Shown: piece after piece, positions 39,188 to 52,545 of the stretch | Layout: each line of letters starts with the position of its first letter | How positions within the stretch are numbered: position 1 is the stretch's first letter | Origin: Paramecium tetraurelia | Lineage: Eukaryota | NCBI GenBank assembly: GCA_000165425.1 | Contig: CT868649.1 | Location: 62,001-126,000, forward strand | Length of the DNA stretch: 64,000 bases | Direction of reading: 5' to 3' | The notes under the pieces: generated by a model | Told to the model about the DNA's origin: nothing | Seen by the model: only the letters and a program-made list of their open reading frames with translations | Database searches by the model: none | Position numbers and translations under genes: made by a program

Positions 39188-40909
39188 TCACAGTTTTTAT
39201 TCATCATCTACTTCGTAAATTGCTTGTTATTTTTAATTATATTTAGAACAAGTAAAATTTTTCTTTATTACATCTGGTTAGATGAATCTTGGACTATTGT
39301 TGAAATTCATTCTTCCTGAATCAGGAGATTAAGTATCTGGAGTCAGATGCTCGAATTCCTAAGTAGAAAACTTCTTTAGAACACTTTTCTTAGGTAATTC
39401 AGTTGGAGAACCTTCTACTAATGCTAGATTTTTAGTTTTTGCTTATTGAACAAATCTAGGACTATTAATGGACGGCAGTTTGATAGTCACTCTTTCATCT
39501 TCCACAATGTCTTCTTCCTTTTACTTTGAGATTTGTTTAGTCTCAGGCAATTACAATTGATCAGACTTTTCTAATTTAAATGTTAGAGTTTGCCAAGGCT
39601 TAGAGGTATTAGTTAATGTTTTTTTTTATGTCTAAAATTTAACCTTTCTATCTTCATAAGTATTTGTAAAAAATGGGTGTTCTAAAGCTTATTATGCAGT
39701 AATCCTATTTTTTGGGTCAATCTAAAGCATTTAATAGATCAAATCCATGGCTGTTTAAGGTGTTTAATAGATACTGAGAGTATCTAAATTTAGTATGCAT
39801 TTTTTATTCAATTTCAAGATTTCTTGATAGTCATTTCCTGGAAACAAATCTTTGGATGTAATTCTAGTTATATTTATAAAATAAACTACAATTTATAAAA
39901 TATGCAACCCACACTAAACATATCACAAATTTTGTCGTATTTTATTGAATGATTTTTCATGTTTGCTATTTCAGGTGCTACATACCCAGGAGTACCACAT
40001 TTAGGAAATGTATAGTTAGTTACTTTTGTACTTGTTGCCAATCCGAAATCAACTATTCTTAATCCTTTGATATCATTTTAATTCTTGAACATGATGTTTT
40101 CTGGTTTTAAATCTCGATGCATAATGTTTAAGGAATGCATATATTCCACTCCAGTTAATATTTACTTTATTTATCTAGTAAAATACCATCATTATCACTT
40201 TTATCTCAACCCATCCTAGCTGTATAATTCCTTTTGTAATCATGTCGTGAAGAGAAGATCCTTTCAAGTATTCCAATATGAGATAAAACGTGTTCTCTCC
40301 TTCATACACTTCTTCTAATTTCACTATGCTTTCATGTTTGAGTGCTGCCATCAACTTTATTTCATTAAATAGGGCTTCCTAATCTCACATATATATGTAC
40401 AAATCCACCATCTTCTTTCAAATATCGTTTCTCTACATTTTTAGATGCAAATTACTAATTTGTACATTTATCTGTCACTAAATAGACCTTTTACTAGAAA
40501 ATTACTTTTACCCTTGAAGAACCTCCTCTTCCCAATTGTTTGATGAGTTAGTAGTAGTCACTCACATTCCGATACATCACCTTATTCCTTAACAAGATCT
40601 TTAATTGCTTCAGTCCCTCGTTATCTCCATTGAAATATTTAACTTCTCCTTTGTATTCCAATCCAACCTGCTGATAATTTGATTTTTCCTATTGCCAATA
40701 TACTTTTGTATCGAGATTTAACCTAAAAATATACTTTGGTTATTAGGAATTTAGCTCCTTTAAAAATAAATTTATCTATTTACTTAAGCTAAAATTAAGT
40801 ATTCTTCAAATAAGAACAAAAAGTAAGTGATATCTTTAAGAAAATGCTTCCTTAAACAGATCATTTTAAATATTGAATTTTCATAATCGAATTATTGGGT
40901 TTGGTCCAT
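39188..40909 (-). CDS. CAMK-group Ser/Thr kinase with N-terminal PH-like region
   Basis: LGRGGSSR, IMHRDLKPENIMF, IVDFGLA, CGTPGYVAPE, DMFSVG, RITAQQALEHPFF. Confidence 0.93.
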
Positions 40910-41004
40910 TCTTACTACAAATTTATATTATTTTAAACACAAATTAATGAATAGTAATTTAAAATCACAATCTTAATATTAATTAATAATTAATAATTAT
41001 TTCA

Positions 41005-41665
41005 ATGAATTCCAAATCACTCATATTTAGATTTCCAATGACTTACGATTAATCAAAGGCCTTATTAGAGCAATCGAAATGTGATGAAGAATTCTTCAGG
41101 ACCATCATAGGTTTGAGCCTGTAATTGAAACAATTCGTGAATGAAGATGACATCCAATCTTTGACTAATTTTTTTAATCAAAATGCAGGAATGATCCCCT
41201 TCTTAAGAATATTCATTGATGAATCATTTGAATAGGCTGTTTTATATCGATATGAAGAGATAATACGATATTTCATCAACAATAGCTATTAAGTTACAGA
41301 TAACAAAATTCTAATAACTTTATTACAAACCAGCAGGTTTTTGAAGCATGATCCACCAATCGAAGTCCTAGAGTTATTATTAAAAGATGGGAATGTAAAA
41401 CCTGATGAAGGCACCGATGATAAATTTAGAACACCACTCCATTTAGCTTGTAAATACGGCATTGTTGACTTTATAAAGTATGCTATCAAATTTATGAATC
41501 AGAATTTTAATCGAGAATGGTGCAGATATAAATGCAATTGACAAAAAAAAGTTTACTCCCCTAATGCACTTATAAAAGAAGATGTAAAAATAAGAGGGAC
41601 TAGATGCAATCGAAAAGTATATGTATTAGAAGGGAGCAGAAACTTATGTTACATCTATATTTTGA
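41005..41665 (+). CDS. Ankyrin-repeat protein
   Basis: RTPLHLACKYGIVDFIK|ILIENGADINAIDKKKFTPL after a 25-nt intron. Confidence 0.88.
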
Positions 41666-41691
41666 TATTAAAGTATAAATAATTTTAAATT

Positions 41692-41769
41692 ACCCAATAT
41701 ATATGGCAGTGCAAATCCTCTGCTTTTGATTCTACTTGCTTCACATATGGCAGATTAGGTTTTACAAAT
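41692..41769. ncRNA. Candidate structured small RNA (irregular hairpin followed by ACA)
   Basis: GC-enriched intergenic patch with nested complementary segments; ACA at 41764-41766. Confidence 0.25.
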
Positions 41770-41789
41770 ATTATTATTATAAATATTAA

Positions 41790-44303
41790 ATGAATCAAGA
41801 AGAATAAGAAATTTAGGAAAATAAGATTGAAGATCTTAGAAATAATGAAGAATTTTAACAATTCTGCGATCATGTCTAATAAATTCAAGAAAACCTAAAT
41901 GAATATATAACAAAATAATCAGGAAATTAGAGCGAAGAAAACTAAAGGCTTCATTTATAACTCTAAGAGAACTTTGAAATAATAAAACAGAAAATAGCTG
42001 CTCTAAGAAGATGTGAAGTGGTTGAAGATTAAGAGGAATTAAAAAAAATGATAGATGAAGTGACAAAAATAGTTTAATAGACAAATGAACCATTTCAATA
42101 AATCTGTAAATAATAGCTTTATATATAGAATACGAAGGAGATGATTTCAATGGATTAGAATTAGAATTTACCTAACCAAAGAGAATTAAGGGACTAAAAA
42201 ATGCACAGGAAAGAAAACAGGAAAGGAAAAGAGCTAGAATATAAAAATCAAAACAAGCATTCTAAATATTTAAAAAATACATTATTGTTTCCTTGATAGC
42301 ATTTTAAAAGTTTATAAAAGACCCAGAAAACATAGCCAAATTATTTGTGATAGCTGTGAGTTGTTTTTTTGTGAGTTCATTTTTGCAAATCCCAGACATG
42401 AGCAAACGACATAGCTTATATATACTTGAATGGTTAGCTTACAATAGATGTGCTAGAGTTGTTTTAATCAGTGGATCATTTTGTTTTGTATCATTAACAT
42501 GGTATATCATTTTGTTGATTTGGATTGGATTTATGGGATTGAATGAGACTAAGGGAAAACTGAATACGCTTATCCATGAGTGCAATCCAATACTGTAATT
42601 AACATTAATGTTTATGACTGATAACGACTTGATAAACAATAAATTGGATCTTGCCATTTGGTTTTGTTACTTATTTCAATACTCTACTTATAGAGTATAT
42701 TATATACATTCGGTAAACATCATTAAAAAGATATTGTCAACATTAACATCACAGAATTTCAATAGGGTGTATCAATTCTAATAAATTTACATCTTTTCAT
42801 TAATAATATTAGCAATGAACTTCCTGATTACATTTTTTGGTATTTTGATGCTCCACAAAGTTGGAATTTACGCACTAAGTTTATTATTCTATGGTGGAGT
42901 TCAAACGTTCATCGAATATTCTCAATTAATATTGATTTGTAAGAAATTGCAATAAAAATATACTTACTTTATAAACAACAACATAGAATAATTAACAGAA
43001 CCTTAATTTTATGAAGAAATAATTCCAGACATTCTTTATTAAATAGTAAAATTTCTAAATAGTTCATAATTGATTGTAAATTATTTTAGGACAATAAACT
43101 TTCATATATTTTTACATCTTTGGCTTTTCTAAATATTTTCAGATTTACAAAGTATATGATTAATATAATTTAGGTTCATTGTCATCCCTGAAAAAGAATA
43201 TAGATTAGTTAATAAAATATAAAAGAATCCAGTAACATTTAGATTCCTTATTTCCAAGAGTCTTGGATATTCAAGAGGATGAAATATGCATAATATGTCA
43301 TGAAGAATTGATCTTAGCTAGATCTTTGCCTTGCCAACATAAGTTTCATTTAAAGTGTTTGTTTGGATGGCTGAAGGCTCAATAGCAATGCCCAATTTGC
43401 AGAGCAGAAGTTCCAATTGAATTGGAATAACCATAATAGATCTTTAGTAAGATACTTAGTTTCTTAACACAATTTAATATTTCAAATTTCGCATTTTTAT
43501 TCTACGTCAATAGTGGAAGACAGTAAGACTTGTAATTGACAGAATGGGAGGAACAGGCTTTATTAGGATAGGAATTATTACAATAACAGCAACAATTACA
43601 ATAATAATAAAGAGACTAAGAATAAATGTAATAATTACAATAGGAAAGGTAATAACTATAATAATAACTACAATACTAATAATAGTTTTTATAGTAATAA
43701 TAAATCTTACTTCAATAATAGTAATATTAGCAGCAATAATAATAAACTTAAGACTAGAAATAAATTAGTGAAATTACAGAGAATCCTGAAAATGTTATAA
43801 AATAAAATCCAGGTTAGGAATCATAAGAAGATAAATAATTTATTTAAGATGCTTTTGAAAAGAGAGACCCAATAGTTTAATATAATTAGGAATAGGAGGA
43901 AAAGGAAAAAGTAGATTAAGAAGAAGGAGAGTAAAATAGAGAGTAACAAATAGAGTAAGAAGGAGATTAAGATAAAGATTAAGAAGGTGATTAAAATTAA
44001 GAGTAAAAATAAGAAGGTGATTAAGATAAAGAGTAAAAATAAGAAGGTGATTAAGATAAAGAGTAAAAGTATGAGGGGGATTAAGATAAAGAGTAAAAAT
44101 AAGAAGGGGATTAAGATAAAGAGTTAAAGGGAGAGTAAAATGAAGAGTAAAATTAACTCAAAGAGAATTAAGAAGAATAATAATTGATTAATTAAAACAA
44201 AGAACTAGAAAAATAGTAAGAAGTTAAAGTATTTGAAAATCAAAGTTAAGAAACAGAGCAGATTATATAAAAAGAAATTGAAAATGTTGATTTTACTGAA
44301 TGA
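41790..44303 (+). CDS. Multi-pass membrane RING-H2 E3 ligase (HRD1/gp78-like)
   Basis: Several TM segments, then CIICHEELILARSLPCQHKFHLKCLFGWLKAQQQCPICR; Q/E-rich tail. Confidence 0.85.
43956..44129 (+). repeat. Coding 30-bp minisatellite, 5 units plus one shorter unit (QEGDQDKEQK)
   Basis: taagaaggtgattaagataaagagtaaaaa-like units at 43980, 44010, 44040, 44070 and 44100. Confidence 0.92.
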
Positions 44304-44347
44304 TAAATAAAATATATGTATTAAAATAAAATAAGTGTTATTTCACA

Positions 44348-46102
44348 TCATGATTACTAATACTATTGACCCATGTCATATCCTTCTCGATTAACAGGTT
44401 CTCCAAACCCTTATATATCATTTTATAAGGCATTTTTCTTTACTCTGTATCTTGAATATAAGTAAGCCAACAATATAGACAAGACAATTAAAAGCACAAT
44501 GAATCCCATCATTATGGAGGCCAAAGATTCAGTATTGTATATGAATCCATCACCATTGTTTATTTTAAGATTGAATTAATCTACATATTAGCATAAAATT
44601 AATTAAGGAGGAATGCCTGTCAGTTTCTCCTTTTATGGACAATGAGTTGCATTAATACTTAATTTGTAATCAAAAGATCTTCCTATAGATCTATTACTTC
44701 TTGGGTTGCATCTGATGTAAGGATTTTCAATAATATATGGCATATAGACAATTGATTAAGAAGTAATGCCAATTAAGAATGAGTTTGTAATATTGTAATT
44801 AAAGTTGTTTGTAATATTAAGAGCTCCTTTGTCTACATCATAGAAATCCATGGTTATTAGACTTGGTATAAAAACATATTCTTCATAAAAGGAATTCTGT
44901 CTCTCCTAATATAGATTATCCTTCTATGTGAAAACAAAGGTTGGTTCAAATTGCTCGAAAATGCCAGTTCTAATTATTCTATGTTCATCCTTTCCTCTTA
45001 AAATGGTGAATTCAGGTAAGATATCAATTTCAGAATAGATACCTGTCAAATAATGAACTTTCACTTTAAACCAATCATTTTGATATAAGCCTATTTCAAC
45101 AAGAGAGCTGATTACTCCTCTTTCTTATAATACTAAGATAAAACTGTTGTTATGTTCTGCTAAAGTAGTGCCATGAGATATTGCAATAAAACCTAAATCA
45201 GTGTCTAATTAAGCTGCAAACCCAGAAGAATTAGTTGTAACAATAAATCTTGTGATCCCACTTAATTGATCAAGGACATACATGTACTTTTCATTTTCGT
45301 ATCCTCCAAATACCACATCAACTATCTTAATATTGGTTATTTTATTATAAATAGTGGTTGAATTCATATTCCCAATTAAAGTGAGTTCACCATTTTCTTC
45401 ATATTGATAAATGTCTAATCCCTCAACTCCGATTGGAACAAACACATGCCAACCAAACACCTTTACTTGACCTAAATAATTGTTATCATTTTCAAATCCT
45501 TAATTAGTAATATTCCTCAGAACAAATGAGCTTAAATTGTCATAGTTCACCTTTCCTCCCAGTATTTAATTTCTATAGATTAGATAAATGTATTGTGTTT
45601 AATCAGTGTATATAATTTATGGTGGTTCAATTATTTTTGCCCATTAACGAAGATGTTGGAATGAGTGGTTGGCTTCCAATTGAATTTCGTGTCCTACAAT
45701 GTTAGATGTGTTTTTGTTGACTTTATAGAGTAATAATTGATTTTAGCTTGTCACAATGGCAAATGCTTTTTTAATATGTACCATATTCAACAAAACAGGA
45801 ATGTTTAGTAGTAATTCTGGATCGTTACTTTCTAAGTTAGGCATTTCGAATATTTTTTAACTATATTATGAGTAATCACCAAATTATATTGATCCTTGTT
45901 TGACTAAGCAAGAGCTTCCCTTCTATTCTGATTCCAATTTAGCATCAATCACATACTTTGCTTATGGATAGTCTCTAATATTTAATTACTATGTCACAAC
46001 TATGTTGACATCCTCTGATTCAGAAATTTTATTGAATAGAACATGAGTTGTAAGATTAGTTAGTTATTTTGCTAAAACTGTTTATAACAAAATAAATATC
46101 AT
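44348..46102 (-). CDS. Type I membrane protein (signal peptide, beta-rich ectodomain, C-terminal TM)
   Basis: MIFILLQTVLAK signal; TM SIMMGFIVLLIVLSILLAYLY followed by basic residues. Confidence 0.8.
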
Positions 46103-46124
46103 TATTTTTATTAATTCAAATTTT

Positions 46125-47537
46125 ATGAGTACACTCTTTGTTAAGTGCATACAATGTAATTAAAGACCTGCAACAATCAAATGTCAATAGTGCAAATTAG
46201 GATAAACGGTCAGATTGTGTTACAATTGCGATCTAGCAGTCCATAATAAATAAGCGCCAATTGATTAATAGCACAAAAAAGAAATCATTCCATACTAAGG
46301 TGAGTATTGAAATCTCATTAAAAATAGAAATGTATTCAAAAGCTCCACAACATTCAAGTGCGATCAATCTAGGGAACAAAAATGATTAACTAATTCAATC
46401 GAAAAAATAATAGCCTTATCAATAACAATCGTCTAAAGCTCCTATTACAATTAAATAAGAACCTCCTCAACTTGCTTAGAAGCCAATACAAAATGTTGTT
46501 AGAGTAGCACAACAATAACCACAAAAAGAAATCAATTTTTCTAGTCAAAGATAGAATAATAAAATAAAGAATGAACCCAAAGAGGAGGATTATCAAAATA
46601 GTTCTTAAAAAAATTCAGTAATTCATTTAAGCTTAGATTTTAGGATTCAAAAAATTAATCTCTCATCAACTAATTAAGAGAAGAGAAAGAATAGAGTTAA
46701 CAATTATAAAGGGAGTTAAAACAAACTTAAGATTATTTGAATTAAGTGAATAAAGAAGTCGAGAAAAAAATGTAAATTTATCTATTGATATATAAAGAAA
46801 ACAATCCTAATAAGATTTGGAGAAAAAACTGAATGATTTAAAAAAAGAAGGCGAAGAAGAAAAAAAGAAAACACAAACACTTACAGCTGATGTCAAGAAA
46901 CTAAAAGATTAGTTAAAGAATGCAGAAACATAAACATAAAAAAAATTAGATTAATAAAAAAAATAATATGAAATCTAAATGTAAGAATTGGAATAAGTGA
47001 TTCTGGAGAAATAATAGTAAATTGATGAAATCGCTTAAGAGTTTTAGAATTACAATTTAGAAGAAATCTAAGCAAAAATGGAAGAAATGGCGAATGATAT
47101 AAATATGAAGGATTAATTAATTGATTAATTGTAGTCTTCATTATAAAATGGGGAGGGAAATCTTAGAGATGATTAAAATCCAGAGAAAGAGGATATTGTA
47201 TAAGAAATATAATAGAAGGATCAAGAAATTAAGAAGCTAGAAGAACTAATTGAAAACTTCAAATAATTGTATCAGCACATGTTGGATGAAAAATAAGTGA
47301 TTATGGAAGAGAATGAAAAATTAGCTAATGAAAATGATTAATTCAGAGAAATTTTCAGTGTACTTTGATATCTAATTTAGTAAAATCTACATTTGTTCGG
47401 AATTGACCCTAATCAATTAGAAGAAGAAGGAGAAGGAGAGGGAGAGGATAGAGAAGAAAGAGAGGAAGGAGAAGATGGAGAAGATGGGTATCAATAAGAG
47501 GAAGGTATATATTTAATCCAATTAATGAGATAATTGA
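46125..47537 (+). CDS. B-box zinc finger + coiled-coil protein
   Basis: CIQCNQRPATIKCQQC...LCYNCDLAVH...H; coiled coil; acidic tail. Confidence 0.85.
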
Positions 47538-47720
47538 GGAAGATGAGACCAATAAGGGGTTTTGATATTTAAAAAGATCATTTTCCAAATATCACATAAG
47601 TATTAAACCACTATCTTTTTTGTTTAATAGAATTCATCTTTTAAAGTTAATTCTTCATTTGTTTATTTCTTTCTACATCTATTAAATTTTAATTGTAATC
47701 GTAATTATATTAAATTTTAA

Positions 47721-48746
47721 ATGAAATTAAAATCAGCAATAGTATTCCTAGACTATTCTCTGAAACCTAGAGTATTTTAATTAGAAAGATATGCTATAAA
47801 AAAACTAGAAAAACCAGATGGCTACAAATTAATTTATTTTAAAGAATTTGAAAAAGCATAATAATTTGCAAGCTAAGTTCAATAATTAATAGAATTGAAA
47901 CAAGTTCAACAATTATAGTAAATGATGATTTCTGATATCAAATTAATAAAAGAAAGAAGGTATCATCTCTCTATAATTGCTTAGTGAAAAAGATGGAGAA
48001 ATTAGAGAGATTAGTGTTGAATAATAATAATCATAAAATGATGTCGAAAAGAATAAATAAGCTGAAAATACAATAATATCAAATTGTTAACTAGACAACA
48101 TTAAGGTGAAACAAGTTAATAACTAATTTTAAAAGTATGAAATTAAACAGAAGGATTCCTACGATATTTTGGATGATATTGATGGGGAACTTAAATGTTC
48201 ATCTCTTAGTATCGAGAGATTAGTGAATTTGGAGATACTAGATTTAAAATTTGAGAATCTCTTACATTATTATCCAAGAAATACTTTAAAAATTATTCCA
48301 ATTTAACCTGATAATTTATACACGCTTTATTTTGATGGTGCAAGTAAATCTAATCCTGGTCCTGCAGGTGCTGGAGTAGCATTATTTGATAAAATGCAAT
48401 AAATTAAAGAAATAACGTAACCTTTAGGAAAGCAAACAAATAATGTAGCTGAATTTTTGGCATTGTTTCTTGGAATAAGATATACTCTGAACTTAGGAAT
48501 TAATTATTTAGAATGTTTTGGGGATAGTAAAGTATTGAGATCATTAATTATTAGCTTATAATTGATGGCATGAATAATAAGATAAATTTTAAGCAGCAAC
48601 ATTTAGAAGACATAAGAGTAGCAATCTATGATTATGCATAATTATTTAAAATGGTTAGATACACTCATATCTCAAGAAATTAGAATGAAATTGCAGATAA
48701 ATTGGCATCAGCTGCTGCTTTGTAGTCTAAAAAATATGAGTTATGA
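47721..48746 (+). CDS. Ribonuclease HI, archaeal/plant/actinobacterial-like subtype
   Basis: YFDGASKSNPGPAGAG, TNNVAEFLAL, GDSKLII, HISRNQNEIADKLA; the four acidic catalytic residues are intact; two introns. Confidence 0.92.
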
Positions 48747-49159
48747 GTTTTATTAATTTAGTTTATAATTAAAAAAAAGTAATAAATTTCCTCACGATTT
48801 CTATTTTGCTATTATCAGAATTCATTAAATTCAGGACTAGCTTCTCCCTATTTTAACTATATTTTGATTTTAAACCAAATTTAAATAAAAAATACAAAAA
48901 GTGAATAGCCTAAAAATAAATCAATAAATTTTAAAGATATATCAAAATGAAAGAACTAATTGTTGAGTTTTCAATTGGTAATTTGAAAGATTAAACAAAA
49001 ATTCATTAAAATTCTTGGATTTTACCTTTGGCTTTATTCATTTTCGATAAATCAAGATATGAAGAAAATGCTTGTAATTTTAAATAAAAAAACTAAAATT
49101 AGAGTTAATTAACAACAAAAAGTAAATTTACAACTTATAAAATATGTATATTTGATATA

Positions 49160-49937
49160 TCAGAATAATACTACTGAAATAAAGAGATTTAAAGCGATTA
49201 ATAAATTTCCATAAGAGTTATCAACCTATATTATTATAAAATGCTTACTGGACAATACATGCAAGATGATCCATTCCAAAAGCAAGAATTTAAACTACAA
49301 GATGAGGGAGTCGTGTAAGTAGAACAGGCAATATACTAACAATTTCCATTTATCCATGAACATTCATAAGATGCCATTCTTTTGCATTCATATTACTATT
49401 AATGATGATAGTAAATACACTTTCCATATCAGAACATTTCAAGTTACTCAAACTCTCACATTATTTCTTCTTTTAAATACAATAGGGTATAGAATTGCAA
49501 TCATCATTATCCAAAGATAATCTATTGCAAGTTTAAAATTTAAGACAGCTCTAAGTTTATGAATTCCAAAAACATTATATTCCTGTAGGAGTGATTCCAT
49601 TACATTTGTCTTATGTCGCATAATTGCAGTCCTCATAGGGAAGACAATATCCATCATTTGCGGTACATCCAAATATTTGATTGCAAATTTGTTTATCTGT
49701 ATAATAATTACACTATTATCCATCATGACATTTATTCAAATACCAAGCGCATTAAGGAACAATACAATTCGATTAAATAGCTATATCGGTACAATTAGGC
49801 TGATAACAATTTTTTCCATTCCAATTGCACCCTTAATATTATTAACAATATTGAGGTTGAGTAAAATTGGAACATTAACAGTATTCTAAGCCTGAGACTA
49901 TTTCTATAATAAACACTAAAGAAATTAGTTTTTTCAT
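49160..49937 (-). CDS. Small Cys-periodic surface protein, predicted GPI-anchored (surface-antigen-like)
   Basis: Signal peptide; repeated CxW motifs (CNWNG, CAWY, CFWN, CSWING); hydrophobic end SYGNLLIALNLFISVVLF*. Confidence 0.85.
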
Positions 49938-50428
49938 ATATACAAATTTATATAATATAGATTAGTTATCATTGATAATATTGTATATTTTGGTTTCTAC
50001 ACTTTGATATACTTCTAGTTTGATTTTTTAGAATAATATTGTTATTATTAAAGAATCAAGCAGATAAATATTGTCTTAGATATAAGACTTTAATTAAATA
50101 GATAATTGTGCATTTTTAGAATTTAAGAGATGACATGAGTATATATATGGAGTTCATGATAACTTTTTAATATTATGGTTAATTTCCTATTTTACAGAGT
50201 AAGATTGAATTGGAGACTTGGATCTCAAAGTTTGAATTCCTTCCTCATTCCAATCTTCTTTCATCAAATGGAAATTCCCATTATAATTCAAAGAAAAGAA
50301 AAATTTGGAATAAAATTAATGTTATTTTTTGGAATCAATATTAGATTGTAACTGATTCGTTCTACAATTATGAAATAAATACATTAATTTATACTTGATG
50401 TTTCTTTAGATATATCATTTAAACAAAT

Positions 50429-51112
50429 TCATTCAATCAAATATCTATTTTCTTTACTTGGTAAACCTGTTTAAGGTCTTGATGCGTATGAGATAATATG
50501 AGAGACTGACTTGCCTCTTCTGCTTGGTTCAACCTACTTAGTTTCTATATTTTGAGATTAGTTTTGACTCATGCTTTAACTTGCTATAATAAATTAAATT
50601 ATACCTTTCTTTCTTAAATAGAATGGAGGTAATTGGGCTATCTTGTTTTCTTGTCTTAAACTCGTTTAAAAGAATCTATTGTTTTTGTTATTAAACACCA
50701 AGATCTATCTTTAGATTTGGGATATAGACTGGTTAATTGAAAATCTCTTAATCTTAGATTTAAGTGGTTTAGAGTTATCCATGAGTGACTGGTCATTATT
50801 GTCGAAAGAAGATTGCCGTTACAATTTCGCATTATCCAATGAGCTTACATTATCATACTGGATTGTTTAAAGCTTCGATGGTATTTATTTGTTGTCATAA
50901 ATGTATTTGTAATCTTATGGTCTGATCGGGAAATTGTAAATGATGCATCCAGCATTTAATTCTTTTTTTAGATTAGGAAATTTGCGAGATTGTATTGTAT
51001 TGAGACTTTGGAGCTTCTCAACAACTTCTAAATCTAGGATGCCTTTGATTCGTTTTTCAGATTCATTCTCGACTTTAGTCTTGGATTTATGGATAATGGT
51101 GTTTTTTATCAT
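50429..51112 (-). CDS. Hypothetical basic protein
   Basis: MIKNTIIHKSK... open in code 6, one intron, ends ENRYLIE*. Confidence 0.7.
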
Positions 51113-51173
51113 ATAGAATTATAAATAATTATAATATCTGTGATGTAAATTATACTAAATATATATATGTATG

Positions 51174-51862
51174 TCAACCATTTTAGCTATTATAATTAAG
51201 GCAAATACCTTGAACTTCTTGATGAATGAGAAACATTTGCACTTTCACTGGATGATTTAGGACTCTCACTTCTTTAATGACGAGGTTTCCTTTGGTTTCT
51301 ACTTCTCCTTCTCGATTTTGATGAAGAATCTGAGGACTTAGAAGAAGATGTTGATCTTCTCTTTTTGGTGTCTCTTCTCGACCTTCAATAAAGATTCGAA
51401 CATATAAATACTTTCTTGTAACACTTGGAGTTCGTGACTTTGGACAATCCTTCCTTAAATGGCCCTTCTGATAGCATCTGTAACATGTGTCACGTAAATC
51501 GCCTAAACTCTACTTTATCACCAACCTTCTTTGCAATCATTCGCCCAATGACCTTTACGCCCACAATTGAAACACACATCTCTGGCTGTTGGTCCATTTG
51601 CTCCTAAATGTCGATTATCTTATCATCAATCTATCAAAGTCGTCCTACCTCTTGATTTAACAGTGATACGATCACCACCAATTCGCTTGCCATCCATTTA
51701 CGATATTGCTTTCTTAGCATCATCACGACCTTCGAACTCAATAAAGGCATGTGTGCTTCGTAAATCAATATCCTTGATTTTCCCATATCTCTAGAACTCT
51801 TTCTGTAAATCCTCCCTTGAAGTTTTTTATCCCAATCTGCCAACATATATTTGTCGACTCAT
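51174..51862 (-). CDS. SR splicing factor with RRM, two CCHC zinc knuckles and RS domain
   Basis: IYVGRL, HAFIEF; CFNCGRKGHWANDC; CYRCYQKGHLRKDC; S/R-rich tail. Confidence 0.9.
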
Positions 51863-52545
51863 TTAAATACTTAAATTATTATTTATGTTGAATATTTAAA
51901 TTTTTAAGCATCTCGATTATCATAGATCAGTATATTTAGATTCTTATAAGAATTTTCCCATTGAAAAGGATAGTCGTTTAGAGAAGAAACTACTTTTTTA
52001 TCATGTTAATTTTTATACCAAAAAATGTATCATATTAAGAAATAATAATTGAGTGAAAGAATATTAGATATTATAATTATTCTGTGTTACCTAATAAGTC
52101 CTATACTATCAAAGAATTATTGAATACAATCAAGTTTAATGTATTTTAATACTCTGAGAAGAAACTTAAGAATATTAAATTGATAATTCCACTATCTAAC
52201 TTCAAATCTTCTTTTATTTACAAATAAATTTATAAATCTTCAAACTTTAACTTCATAATCATTCTAAATAATTTTCATTCTACTATTAATAAAAATAATC
52301 AATTTATAAATAAAATTCTTCCTAGCTTCTACTAAATTTTTATTAAAATAAAGTACTTAAATGCAATTTGATAGAATTCTGTTTTCTTGAAAGACAACAA
52401 CATTAACTCACAATTAAATTTCATTCATACTTTATTTTTCTTTCGTAATTGAATTTCATATTTAAGGTATTTTTATAGTTTCTACAATTCAAACAATAAG
52501 AATAATAAAAAGCAAATTATCTTAATTTATTAAAAATATATACCT

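Noticed and set aside
41700..41760. Possible SECIS element
   Set aside because: No AUGA/GA quartet with correct spacing, and no adjacent gene with a plausible Sec codon
43956..44129. Regularly spaced 30-bp repeats as a CRISPR array
   Set aside because: No unique spacers; in-frame coding repeat in a eukaryotic gene
46290..46303. CCATACTAAGGTGA resembling the 5' part of ciliate 5S rRNA
   Set aside because: It is the PYQ codons plus an intron donor of the B-box gene; no further 5S similarity
48320..48746. RNase H as part of a retrotransposon
   Set aside because: No RT, integrase, gag or LTRs nearby; intron-containing stand-alone gene
50155..50290. Hairpin AAGATTG/CAATCTT with a minus-strand TGATGA (possible C/D snoRNA) or a 36-aa ORF
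   Set aside because: No terminal CTGA box D; the ORF is short and unsupported, so neither can be called
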